NCBI GenBank assembly: GCA_951406725.2
Contig: OX597814.1
Location: 170,686,001 to 170,750,000, forward strand
Origin: Octopus vulgaris
Lineage: Eukaryota
Direction of reading: 5' to 3'
DNA: 64,000 nucleotides
Each line of letters starts with the position of its first letter. The stretch's first letter is position 1. This document shows positions 12,600 through 23,730 of the stretch, in pieces. Both the position numbers and the translations under genes were made by a program. The notes beneath the pieces were generated by a model. That model ran no database searches. It saw only the letters and a list, made by a program, of their open reading frames with translations, and was not told the DNA's origin.

Positions 12600-13233
12600 T
12601 CAACAATAACAATTTGTTTCTATAAATGCTAAATGATAATTTGCAAATACAATAAGCTTCCTTGACTTATCATAGTAAATACAATTACTTAAAGCATGTG
12701 TAAATCATGCCAAACTGGAATTAATCAAAAAAGCTAAAAATGATAGTTACATGGAAAATGTTACGTTAATGTATTATAACCGAAAGGCATTTAATACCTG
12801 AAAAGAAAATGGTTATTTTCTTTGGAACTGAAGCCATATATTTTTACTTAGTTAAATTTCTGAATAAAATACAAAATTACACAAACAAACATGTTTATAT
12901 AAATATACACACATGCATATATAAATCTGTGTATTAATACAATAGTACCTACCTACCTACCTACCTACTGCTTGTGTCAAACTCCAGAAATAATATTTCA
13001 AAGAAGAAACATTTTAATTACAGAAAAGTTTATTATTTGACCTTTGTAAAATTTGAACTCAGACTGTAAACAGCCAGAATAATTGTCAATGCAATTTTTC
13101 TGATGCTCTAATGATTTTGCCAGTTTGCTGCCTTGAATAAAAATTTATATATTAATACAATATACTTCCCTACCTACCTTTTCAGTCATCATCCAGAAAT
13201 TTTCTCACAAAAAGAGTTTATAGGAAAGGAATA

Positions 13234-13385
13234 GTCTAATACAGAGAGACAACAGGATAATGCCAGTAGTAGGAGAGGCTGGAAGGCAAAAGCGGAGAGT
13301 AAAGTGTAGTGTCAGAATGAAACAGGGGACGCTGAGCTAAGAGAAGTTAATAACAGTATTACCCTGTTGTCTCTCTGTACTAGAC
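13234..13385. mobile_element. Short MITE-like element with ~28-bp terminal inverted repeats
   Basis: GTCTAATACAGAGAGACAACAGGATAAT (13234) versus reverse complement of ATTACCCTGTTGTCTCTCTGTACTAGAC (ends 13385), 2 mismatches. Confidence 0.55.
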
Positions 13386-13393
13386 CCCAACTA

Positions 13394-13957
13394 TTGGGTT
13401 GTCTGGAAAGTTTGTGCCGATTTATAGTAGCTTACCTTTCAACTTTATTTTAGAACATGGTTGAGTCCATAAAATAGGATTTGACTACACCTCCATTTAG
13501 AGCACAGTTTAAGCTAGCTTTTTGTGGAAGAAGGTTTATGTTCCTATAACCTGTGTTAATTCTGTAACCCTTTAAAATGGAAGATAAGAAAGTTCATTTT
13601 CGGCACTTGATGCTTTGGGAACCAGACAAAAATTGCTGCAGCTCGGTTGGGATGTGTTACCCCACCCTTCATATTCACTAGATATTGCTCCTTCGGATTT
13701 CCACTTATTTAGGTCTCAGCAGAATAGTCTTGATGGTAAAAATTTCAATTCCTTGGATGACGTAAAAAGATACCTTGATGAATTCTTTGCCATGAAACCA
13801 CCTCAATTCTGGGAAGAGGGTATTTTCAAGTTAAAGGAAAGATGGAGACACATTGTGCAACAAAATGGTTCATATTTGGTTGATTAAAAATGTAATGGCA
13901 AGTATTTGACCTTTTTCTTTCCTTTAAAAATTGGCACGAACTTTCCAGACAACCCAA
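13394..13957 (+). mobile_element. Internally deleted mariner transposon (mellifera-like), 564 bp
   Basis: TIRs TTGGGTTGTCTGGAAAGTTTGTGCCGATTT / AAATTGGCACGAACTTTCCAGACAACCCAA with TA on both sides. N-terminus MEDKKVHFRHLMLW (ATG 13577) is joined directly to C-terminus TRQKLLQLGWDVLPHPSYSLDIAPSDFHLFRS...GIFKLKERWRHIVQQNGSYLVD* (YSPDLAPSD motif). Confidence 0.95.
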
Positions 13958-14436
13958 TATATTGCCTGAGATACACCAACACATTATGAAAAGAATGGTA
14001 TTAGTTAATTTATATGCAATATTTATGACAGCCAATATAATTTTGCTCACAAAGAAATGCATATTAGGTGTCTTAGATATGATAAATAAAAAGTGATAGG
14101 AAGTATGAGTAAATAATACCTTTAAATTATTACTTGGAAAATTTGATAAGTTTTTTCACTCATTATTTTCCTATGTGTATTAAAATTTAAAGGGTAGGTA
14201 CTAATGAACAAAATGAGTATTGAGCCTGATCAAGTTGATGAGCATGCTGTTCCTACTCTTTTGCAATCTTGTGATGATTTTGGCACTGTACATGCCTTGA
14301 GAGGGCATTACTGGTCTAAGTACTTTGCAAAGACATTTATTGTTTTTGTGTTTATGCCCTTATGGTGTCAGATGTGACCTAATTCTTTGTTAAATGTGTG
14401 TAGTACTGAATCTTGCTGCAAGTATCAGGGTGACGC

Positions 14437-15041
14437 TTACTCTTTTACTTGTTTCAGTCATTTGACTGTGGCCATGCTGGAGCACCGCCTTTAGTCAAGC
14501 AAATCGACCCCAGGACTTATTCTTTGTAAGCCTAGTACTTATTCTATCGGGCTCTTTTGCCGAACCGCTAAGTTACAGGGACGTAAACACACCAGCATTG
14601 GTTGTCAAGCGATGTTGGGGGGACAAACACAGACGCATAAACATATACACACATGTACATTATATATATATTTATATATATATATATATATATGTAATTT
14701 TCTAGATGGTGTAATTTAATTGTTCATTTTGAATTGATAAAAGGTGGGTTTTTTCTAATTTTTTTATACATATAGTGTGTGAAATTTGATTTAGTATTTC
14801 TAAATTGAATTTTTTTCCTTGTAAGTTTGGATTTATATTCCCTCAAATAATTATTATATATATATATACATATATACAACAGGCTTCTTTCAGTTTCCGT
14901 CTACCAAATCCACTCACAAGGCTTTGGTCGGCCTGAGGCTATAGCAGAAGACACTTATCCAAGGTGCCACACAGTGGGATTGAACCTGGAACCATGTGGT
15001 TCATAAGCAAGCTACTTACCACACAGCCACTCCTACACCTA
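14437..15041 (-). mobile_element. tRNA-derived SINE (family D) with ~160-bp insertion in its central microsatellite
   Basis: Full family D tail and head; extra AT-rich block at ~14695-14855. Confidence 0.85.
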
Positions 15042-15983
15042 ATGATTCTTTGAAATTTTGAGGGGAGGAGATAAGTCGATTACACTGACCCTTGAATAGT
15101 ACTTTATTTTATCAACCTCAGAAGGATAAAAGGCAAAGTTGATTCTGGTGACATTTGGACTCAGGATCTGAAGCTGGAAGAAATACCACTAAGCATTTGG
15201 TCTGGTGTGATGATGATGATCATGATGTTGATAATATCTAACAAAAAGACAAGGCTGGAAATTTTACATGAGGGAATATTGTGTTGATAATATCAACTTC
15301 AGTACTTGGTTGGTCGGCACTTGAAACTTTAAAAGATGAAAGGCAAAGCTTTAAAAGATGAAAGGCAAAGATGACTGATGGTAGTTGAATTTCAGAATTA
15401 TAATAATCATTTTATATCCATTCTTCATGCTTTTATGGATCAGATACATCATCTTTAACTCAATATCTCATCTGCTGAGATGATTTGATATTTCCTTGAT
15501 AATGTCCAACTCCTTAAGATAAGCATTTAATACATCTCATATCTTCCTCTTCAGCGGGTTCCTATCATATGAATTGCATGGCAGTTCGTTACCCAATAGT
15601 CATTCTGCAAGTGTATCACTCGTTTTTACAAGTGTAATGCACATTTGGACTCTGTTGTTCATGCATGCTGATATTAAACACACCCTCAAAAAAAAAAAAA
15701 AAAAAAAACAGACCTGATTTTTCCCTAGCTTTTGCACATCTTAAACAATCAATGCTCATATTTCACTTCCATGCAATATTACACTTTGTCAAAACAGGTA
15801 TCATACAACCTGTCCTTTACTTGAAGAGATAATAATAATAATAATAAAAATAGCAATAACAATAATAAAGATACCAAAGCTTATAATTTGCAGAAAGAGA
15901 CCTGTGAGACTTTTGACAACAGGTTGCTGTCCGCTCTCACAGAATTAACCAGGGCAAGTAAGATTGAGAGCTCTGAGAAGTAA

Positions 15984-16070
<87 letters not shown>

Positions 16071-16074
<4 letters not shown>

Positions 16075-16270
16075 TAACAAAAACACCAGGACTTACAAAC
16101 ACATATAACATACAGAAAATTGCACTACTAGGCACTGCACACATCCTACGCAGAACACTTTCCATACAATAACCATCAGAGCATCACAACAAATCACAGC
16201 ACATACCCAAGGCACACAGAGCTGCGCTCGGTAGTGAAGTGAAAGCACGCTATAAAAATAAAACTACTGA
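16071..16270 (+). mobile_element. R4/Dong-like (RLE) non-LTR retrotransposon 3' end inserted in (TAA)n
   Basis: TKTPGLTNTYNIQKIALLGTAHILRRTLSIQ* matches the RLE-LINE terminus .QK..LLGT..ILR..L. Short 3'UTR; (AAT)n on both flanks. Confidence 0.8.
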
Positions 16271-16847
16271 ATAATAATAATGATAATAATAATAAAAATA
16301 ATAATAATAATAATTTTCTCTTTTCTTTGACATAACTTTAGTTTGTAAATGAACAATCTGGTGTGTTTATTTTAACGGTCTATCAATGTATACAGTGAGT
16401 TTATTTGCTCTAGGTGTTGGGAAGACACTTTTCAAAAAATGGAAGAAAAATTGGAAGAACTAATAATAATAAATGGAAGCTGAAATGCAAAACCTAACAA
16501 CAAACTATTTGTGTCAATAATACACTGTGCTGGATGGGATGGTCACAGTTGGAATACCTTTGATGATGATTAAAATGGGCTTGATCAGGACTGACATGTG
16601 GAGAAAAAAAGAAAACTACTATAACCCAACAAAGAAGTCTCTACGTGGTCGTTAGAGCTGCTAGAAATAACAGTGAGAACTCCTTTATTTGTGAAATGTA
16701 GTTCTAAATACACTAGCTTCTGGAGGGTGGGCAAGATGAGATGATCACAACTAAAAACTTCTTTGATTGTAGGACTCTCTGGTAAATCCAGGCTGAGCTG
16801 AGCAGATAAACAAGAAGAACTAAAGGAATACAAATACCAATATATAC

Positions 16848-16877
<30 letters not shown>

Positions 16878-16880
<3 letters not shown>

Positions 16881-17037
16881 TCATCATCATCATCATCGTT
16901 TAGCGTCCGTTTTCCATGCTAGCATGGGTTGGACAGTTCTACTGGGGTCTGTGAAGCCAGAAGGCTTCATCAGGCCCAGTCAAATCTGGCAGTGTTTCTA
17001 CGGCTGGATGCCCTTCCTAACGCCAACCACTCCGTGA

Positions 17038-17091
<54 letters not shown>

Positions 17092-17490
17092 TTATATATA
17101 TATATATATATATACATACATACTTTTATATATATATATATATATACATACATACTTTTATATATATATATATATATATACATACATACTTTTATATATA
17201 TATATATATATACCTATATATATACACATACCTGTATATATATATACACACATACCTCATCCGTTCGTGGCCGTTCGCCAGCTCTGTCTGGCACCTGTGC
17301 AGGTGGCACGTAAAAAACACCCACTACACTCGCGGAGTGGTTGGCGTTAGGAAGGGCATCCAGCCGTAGAAACACTGCCAGATCTGACTGGGCCTGACGA
17401 AGCCTTCCAGCTTCACAGACCCCAGTTGACCCGTCCAACCCATGCTAGCATGGAAAGCGGACGCTAAACGATGATGATGATGATGATGAT
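16878..17490. mobile_element. Inverted pair of RTE 3'-tail fragments around a (TA)/(TACA) microsatellite
   Basis: 16878-17041 (-) and ~17262-17490 (+) are reverse complements over ~160 bp with only scattered substitutions. Confidence 0.85.
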
Positions 17491-17573
17491 ATATATATAT
17501 ATATATATATACATATATATATAAGTTCAGCAAAAATTTAGATTTTGGATATATATATATATATACACACATA

Positions 17574-17628
<55 letters not shown>

Positions 17629-17701
17629 CTATATATATATATATATATACACATACCTATTTATATACATATATATATATATATACACACACACACATAC
17701 C

Positions 17702-17749
<48 letters not shown>

Positions 17750-18367
17750 CAAAGAAAATCAACCCCTTACCTTTGTTGCTTTGGTGTTTTCTTTTGTTAA
17801 TTGCATTTACTTTCATCACATTCTAACAATCTGTTGCAGTCAGATTTACACAATAATGTTGTACAACAAAGGAACAAGAAAAACAAGAACAAAAAAAAAC
17901 AGGCTTTGTACCAATAAAACATTTTGTAATTTTGTCTTTTTAAAAGAGAAGCTAAAGAACTTGGAATTCATGTAATTAAATCTGACATAAAATAAAACCA
18001 GAATATTTCAAGAATTTTCTCTTTTGTGACACATACAATGACCAGGTTATTGACTATTGGACCAGTGTTCTTGTGTTTCTCACTCCACTCTATGTATGTG
18101 TATATTAAAGATGTATACATACATACATACATACATACATACATACTCTATGTATGTGTATATTAAAGATGTATATTCATATATATAGATACACACATAT
18201 ATACACATACGTTTAAAAAAATGTATACATATATATATGTGTGCCTGTGTATACATACATACATACATACACACACACAAACACATACATACATACATAC
18301 ATACACACAGACACACACACAAACACATACATACACACATACATACATACATACGTACATACATACA

Positions 18368-18398
<31 letters not shown>

Positions 18399-18743
18399 GT
18401 GTATGTGTACACACACACACACACAATTGAAGTCAAACCTGAAATTAACATGAAATAAGCTGGGAAGAGAACTTTAATGGAAATTACTTTTGGAAGTAGA
18501 AAAATTCGCAATTTACCTTGTTATATTATATTTGAAAGATAAAGGTTTGTAGGAGAAAGAAGAGGGTGGAGTTGTGGGGAGAAGTGTAGTATTGAAGAAT
18601 GTATGAAAAACAGAAAGAAATGTATGAAAATAGAAAAGTGTTAAGAATGAAGCTTCAGAAAAAATTTGTGTACATCACTGAACTAAGCAAGTGAGACAAT
18701 TTAGATTTAATTACAAAACGTGTGTATGAATGTATGAATGTGT

Positions 18744-18832
<89 letters not shown>

Positions 18833-18849
18833 ATATAATGTATGTGTGT

Positions 18850-19146
18850 GGAGGTGCAATGGCCTAGTGGTTAGGGCAGTGGACTCGCGGTCGCAGGATC
18901 GCGGTTTCGATTCCCAGACCGGGCGTTGCGAGTGTTTATTGAGCGAAACCACCTAAAAGCTCCACGAGGCTCTGGCAGGGGGTGGTGATCCCTGCTGTAC
19001 TCTTTCACCACTCTTTCTCCCACTCTTTCTTCTGTTGGCCTGCTCGCTTAGCCAGCGGGGTGGCGTCATTCGAAGGCTAAAACAATGCGAACGCATTGTG
19101 ACCAGCGATGTGTAACAACATCTGATGGTCTGGTCGGTCACGTGAT

Positions 19147-19152
<6 letters not shown>
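18850..19152 (+). mobile_element. tRNA-derived SINE (family B3)
   Basis: GGAGGTGCAATGGCCTAGTGGTTAGGG...GGTTTCGATTCCC head, family B body, CACGTGAT repeat tail. CpGs are retained, suggesting a young copy. Confidence 0.85.
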
Positions 19153-19178
<26 letters not shown>

Positions 19179-19179
19179 T

Positions 19180-19548
19180 CGTTTACTTGTTTCAGTCATT
19201 GACTGTGGCCATGCTGGAGCATAGGCTTGAAGTATTTTTGTCTAACAATTTGACTCCAGGACTTATTCTATCAGTCTCTTTGCCAAACCACTAAGTTATG
19301 GGGGACGTAAACACACCAACACCAGTTGTCAAGCAATGATGGGAGTAAAACACAGACAGATATTCATATATATATATATATATATGATGAGCTATTTTCA
19401 GTTTCTGTCTACCAAATCCACACACAAGGCTTTGGTTGGCCCAAGGGTATAGTAAAAGACACTTGTCCAAAGTGCCATGTAATGGGACTGAACCCAGAAC
19501 CATGTGGTTGACAAGCAAGCTTCTTACCATACAGTCATGCCTATGCCT
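19180..19548 (-). mobile_element. tRNA-derived SINE (family D)
   Basis: Family D tail and head in antisense. Confidence 0.8.
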
Positions 19549-19811
19549 ATATATATATATTTATACTTACATATAAGACAAAGGGTACGTATGCCGCTAT
19601 ATATATATGTAAAAAAATACAAACTGGGACAAGAACGCAAAACATTTAGAAGACGATACAAAAAACACGGACGGGACATTCGAAGCCTTCAATCTTCAGT
19701 CAAGAACCGGATCATCCTCGCAATTTCATATATATATAAACTCTTTATCTCGTTTCAGTTTTAAAGCTGCAGTCATGCTGGGGCATCAACATTGTTATAT
19801 CTATATCTGTA

Positions 19812-20202
19812 TCTATATATATAAAAGTGAAGTTGTGTGTCTGTCTCCTACGATTTAGATTCCTAACTACTCCCACATTTTGCGGTGAAGTGTAACCAAA
19901 GCGGTATCTTATAGTCGTGATTCATATCGAGCCCTTCTGGGTATTAGCGCGCATCTACGATGAGTCTACGATTTAAAAAAAATTTACCATCATTTTTTCC
20001 CATTTTTAATGCATTTTTTTGCTACTATATAAGGGAAGTAACTCTCTAAAAATGTATTATTAAATCTCAGAACGTAAAAAGCTACAGTAACACCCCCTTT
20101 GTGGTTAGCCATATTGAGATGGCTATTATACTTTACATCTCTAAAAATGCTTATATAGTTATTTCCCTTACAAACCCGAGCAAAGCCGGGCGATACTGCT
20201 AG
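19812..20202 (+). mobile_element. Non-autonomous Helitron
   Basis: 5' TC(TATATATATAAAA), subterminal hairpin CCCGAGCAAAGCCGGG, 3' CTAG; inserted between A and T with no TSD. Homologous to 30640-31143. Confidence 0.85.
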
Positions 20203-20469
20203 TATATATATATATAAATTCATCATTTAACATCTACTTTTCTATGCTTGAAATGGGTCAGATGGAATTTACTGAGGTATATTTTTTCTCTAGCAGTATG
20301 CTCTTCCTGTTACTAACCCTCATCTGTTTCCAAGCAAGGTTATATACTGCATAGCTAAACACAAAAGAATGGAAACAAACAACACCGCTTGTATGATAGT
20401 GATGCTCATTTAAGACCACGTCCTAATGGTGTCAGGATGGGGGTACACACACACACACACACACATATA

Positions 20470-20790
20470 TGGGTGCAGGGATAACTGTATTATAAGAAGT
20501 TTGCTTCCCAACCACATGGTTCTGGGTTCAGTTCCACTGTTTGGCACTTTGGGCAAGTGACATCTACTGCAGCTCTGGGCCAACCAAAGCCTTGTGAGTG
20601 GATTTGGTTAACAGAAACTGAAAGAAGCCTCACGTATGTATATGTGTGTGTTTGTTTACATCTGTCTGAGTGGTTTGGCAAAAATAAATATAACAGAATA
20701 AGTGCCAGGTTTCAATGAAAAGAAATGAGGTCAATTTTTTAAAACTAAACCTTTCTAGGTGGTGCCCCAACATGGCACAATCTGAAATAA
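20470..20790 (+). mobile_element. tRNA-derived SINE (family D), degraded
   Basis: CCAACCACATGGTTCTGGGTTCAGTTCCACTG..TTGGGCAAGTG..AAAGCCTTGTGAGTGGATTTGG. Confidence 0.75.
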
Positions 20791-21399
20791 TATCACCATC
20801 ACCATCGTTTAACGTCCGTTTTTCCATGCTAGCATGGGTTGGACGGTTCGACTGGTGTCTGGGAAGCCAGGAGGCTGCAACAGGCTCCAGTCTGATCTAG
20901 CAGTATTTCTACAGCTTGATGCCCTTCCTAATGCCAATGACTCCATGAGTGTAGTGGGTGCTTTTTACATGCCACTGGCACAAGGGCCAGAGGAGGCTGT
21001 CAACGGCCACCATTGGTTGGTGGTTTTTATGTGCCACTGGCATGGAAGCCAGTCAAGGCGGCGCTGGCATCATCCACGTTCGGATGATGCTTTTTACATG
21101 CCACTGGCACAGGTATCACAACTACAATTTATATATATATATATATATATTCTTTTACTTGTTTCAGTCATTTGACTGTGGCCATGCTGGAATACTGCCT
21201 TAGAAAATACACAGTAGGCTTCTTTCAGCTTCTAACTGCCAAATCCACCACTTATAAGGCTTTGGCTGACTTGGGGCTATAGTAGAAAACACTTGCCCAA
21301 GGTACTTTGCAATGAGACTGAACCCAAGACGAAAGGGTTGGGGAACAAGTTCCTTAACTATACAGCCAAGCTTGCCCCAATAACCATGTCTGCATCTAT

Positions 21400-21745
21400 A
21401 TTTTTTTTATTGGGTCTAGAGTAAGGAACAGTAACCATGGACTTTGCAGGGCCTCCCAGACCAGAAGGATTGATGCCATTAATACTCCACTTTGAAACCT
21501 TGTAAGGCATCACCAGTGTGAAAACTGGAACAGGATTCATTAAGTCTGGTGTTTTGTGGAAGGAAGGATTAAGTAGAGGGATTAGTGCAGAATCTGGGGT
21601 GGGAAGTTAGACACAAAAAGGGTGATAAGTAGAGATGAGGGGGACAGGAATTCTGCAGTGGCAATGGCATGAGGCTAGCAAGTATCAAGGAGCAGGTGTC
21701 ATTATAGCAGTGTAGAAAAGACAGAGAGGGTAGATGCGATCTGAT
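21400..21745 (-). mobile_element. L2/Daphne-like LINE 3' fragment (degraded)
   Basis: Reverse complement CTCTGTCTTTTCTAC..TGCTATAATGACACCTGCTCCTTGATACTTGCTAGCCTCATGCCA reads ~LCLFY..YN..CSL.LASLMP, like the conserved SL.LFYRYY.G.CS.ELA..P motif. Confidence 0.6.
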
Positions 21746-21779
21746 GCTAATAATTTGGCAAAAAACAAAAACTACATAT

Positions 21780-22370
21780 ACTCTCTTTTACTTGTTTCTG
21801 TCATTTGACTGCAGCCATGCTGGAGCACTGCCTTTAGTTGAGCAAATCAACCCCAGGACTTATTCTTTGTAAGCCTAGTACTTATTCTATCAGTCTCTTT
21901 TGCTGAACTGCTAAGTTACGGGGATGTAAACACACCAGCATCAGTTGTCAAGCGATATTGGGAGGGGGACAAACACAAACATATACACACATACATATAT
22001 ATGATGGGCTTCTTTCAGTTTCCATCAACCAAATACACTCACAAGGCTTTCTTCGGCCCAAGGCTATAGTAGAAGGCACTTGCCCAAGGTGCCACTGACC
22101 CCGGAACCATGTGGTTGGTAAGCAAGCTACTTATCACACAGCCACTATACATATATATATATGTGTGTGTGTGTGTGTGTTTTATTTTTTATTCTCTTAT
22201 TTGTTTCAGTCATTTGACTGTGGCAATGCTAGAGCACCACCTTTAGTTGAGCAAATTGCCCCCAGGATTTATTATTTGTAAGCCTAGTACTTATTCTATT
22301 AGTCTCTTTTACCGAACTGCTAAGTTATGGGGCCATTGGTGGGTGGGTAGGGGGACAAACACACACACAC
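21780..22370 (-). mobile_element. Two adjacent family D SINEs (one full, one tail only)
   Basis: 21780-22147 is a full copy; 22190-22370 is the tail half. Confidence 0.8.
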
Positions 22371-22400
22371 ACACATATATATATATGCATGTGTGTGTGT

Positions 22401-22650
22401 GGAGGCACGTGGCTTAGTGGTTAGGGTGTCAGCACCATGATCGTAAGATTGTGGTTTCGATTCCTGGACCGGGTGACATGTTGTGTTCTTGAGCAAAACA
22501 CTTCATTTCACATTGCTCCAGTCCACTCAGCTGGCAAAAATGAGTAACACTGCAATGGACTGGCATCCCGTCCAGCTGGGGAACACATACGCCATAGAAA
22601 CCGGGAAACCAGGCTCATGAGCCTGCCTAGGCTTTAAAAGGGCGCATTTA
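22401..22650 (+). mobile_element. tRNA-derived SINE (family C)
   Basis: GGAGGCACGTGGCTTAGTGGTTAGGG...GGTTTCGATTCC head. Near copy at 35968-36195; related head at 48541. Confidence 0.85.
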
Positions 22651-22666
22651 TTTTATATACACACAC

Positions 22667-22717
<51 letters not shown>

Positions 22718-22817
22718 TATAATGTACTGATCCATAACATAAAATTCAACAAAAAAAGTACTCCATCTGGTGTCAGATAAATATTATTTATTTAAAGGTC
22801 ACAATACATGAGTTAAA

Positions 22818-22870
22818 GCGCTACTAGTAGTTTCGTATGTTGACAGGATTTAAACATATTCTTCAGGCGC
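22818..22870 (-). ncRNA. Type I hammerhead ribozyme
   Basis: Reverse complement: GCGC CTGAAGA ATATGTT-TAAATCCTGTC-AACATAC GAAA CT-ACT-AG T A GCGC. All core nucleotides present; A-C mismatch closes stem II. Confidence 0.75.
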
Positions 22871-22910
22871 AAACCATATATCAGTTTCTTTAGTTCAATA
22901 TATGTAGTTT

Positions 22911-22963
22911 GTGCCTGACGAATATGTTTGAATTCTCTCAACATATGAAACTATCAGTAGCGC
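22911..22963 (+). ncRNA. Type I hammerhead ribozyme (intact core, GUA site after 22959)
   Basis: GTGC CTGACGA ATATGTT-TGAATTCTCTC-AACATAT GAAA CT-ATC-AG T A GCGC: stem I 4 bp, stem II 7 bp, stem III 3 bp. Confidence 0.85.
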
Positions 22964-23365
22964 TTTAACACATGTATTGTGACCTTTAAATAAATAATAC
23001 ACACACACACACATATATATTTGTGCATGCGTACCCTTGTTTAAACATCATGTGATGATTGAAAAATGATTATCATCAAACAGGTAAGGCTGTATGTTTC
23101 TGTTTTCCATGGAAAACATGTTTAGCTATGGAAAACTATTATCTTGCTTGGAAGCAGATGAAAGTGGGCAGCAGGAAAGGCATCCAGCTATCGAGAATTC
23201 TGCCTCAACAAATTTTGTCTGATCCATACAAGCATGGAAAAGTGGATGTCAGATGATCATGGTGATGATCCTATTAATTTGTGGTAAAAAAAAATTCATT
23301 GAATACAAAGTTTCATTCTAAAAGAAATCAGTTTTGTAGTTTAGTCCCAGCTCTGGACTACATTG

Positions 23366-23730
23366 TGGAGGCGCAACGGCCCAGTGGTTAGGGCAGCGGA
23401 CTCGCGGTTTTGATTCCCAGACTGGGCGTTGTGAGTGTTTATTGAGCAAAAACACCTAAAGCTCCATGAGGCTCCGGCAGGGATGGTGGTGATCCCTGCT
23501 GTACTCTTTCACCACAACTTTCTCTCACTCATACTTTCTGTTTCTGTTGTACCTGTATTTCAAAGGGCCGGCCTTGTCATTCTCTGTGTCACGCTGAATA
23601 TCCCCAAGAACTACGTTAAGGGTACACGTGTCTGTGGAGTGCTCAGCCACTCACATGTTAATTTCACGAGCAGGCTGTTCCGTTGATCGGATCAACTGGA
23701 ACCCTCGTCGTCGTAACATACGGAGTGAAA
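23366..23730 (+). mobile_element. tRNA-derived SINE (family B2) with TSD
   Basis: Family B head and body; GGACTACATT on both flanks (~23355 and ~23744). Confidence 0.85.

Larger units (their letters stand above)
22722..22999. mobile_element. Palindromic pLTR/retrozyme-like element, family H3
   Basis: Inverted arms 22782-22999 (TATTATTTATTTAAAGGTCACAATACATG...CATGTATTGTGACCTTTAAATAAATAATA). Left arm extended by ~60 nt; lies in (TA)n/(CA)n. Confidence 0.75.

Noticed and set aside
17385-17430. CTGACGA followed by a small hairpin in the RTE tail
   Set aside because: There is no GAAA or stem III/UH downstream, so it is not a hammerhead.
19620-19730. Minus-strand CTGAAGA..GAAT motif in a CpG-rich repeat fragment
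   Set aside because: GAAA and stems I/III could not be built. It is possibly a truncated repeat but is unsupported as a ribozyme.
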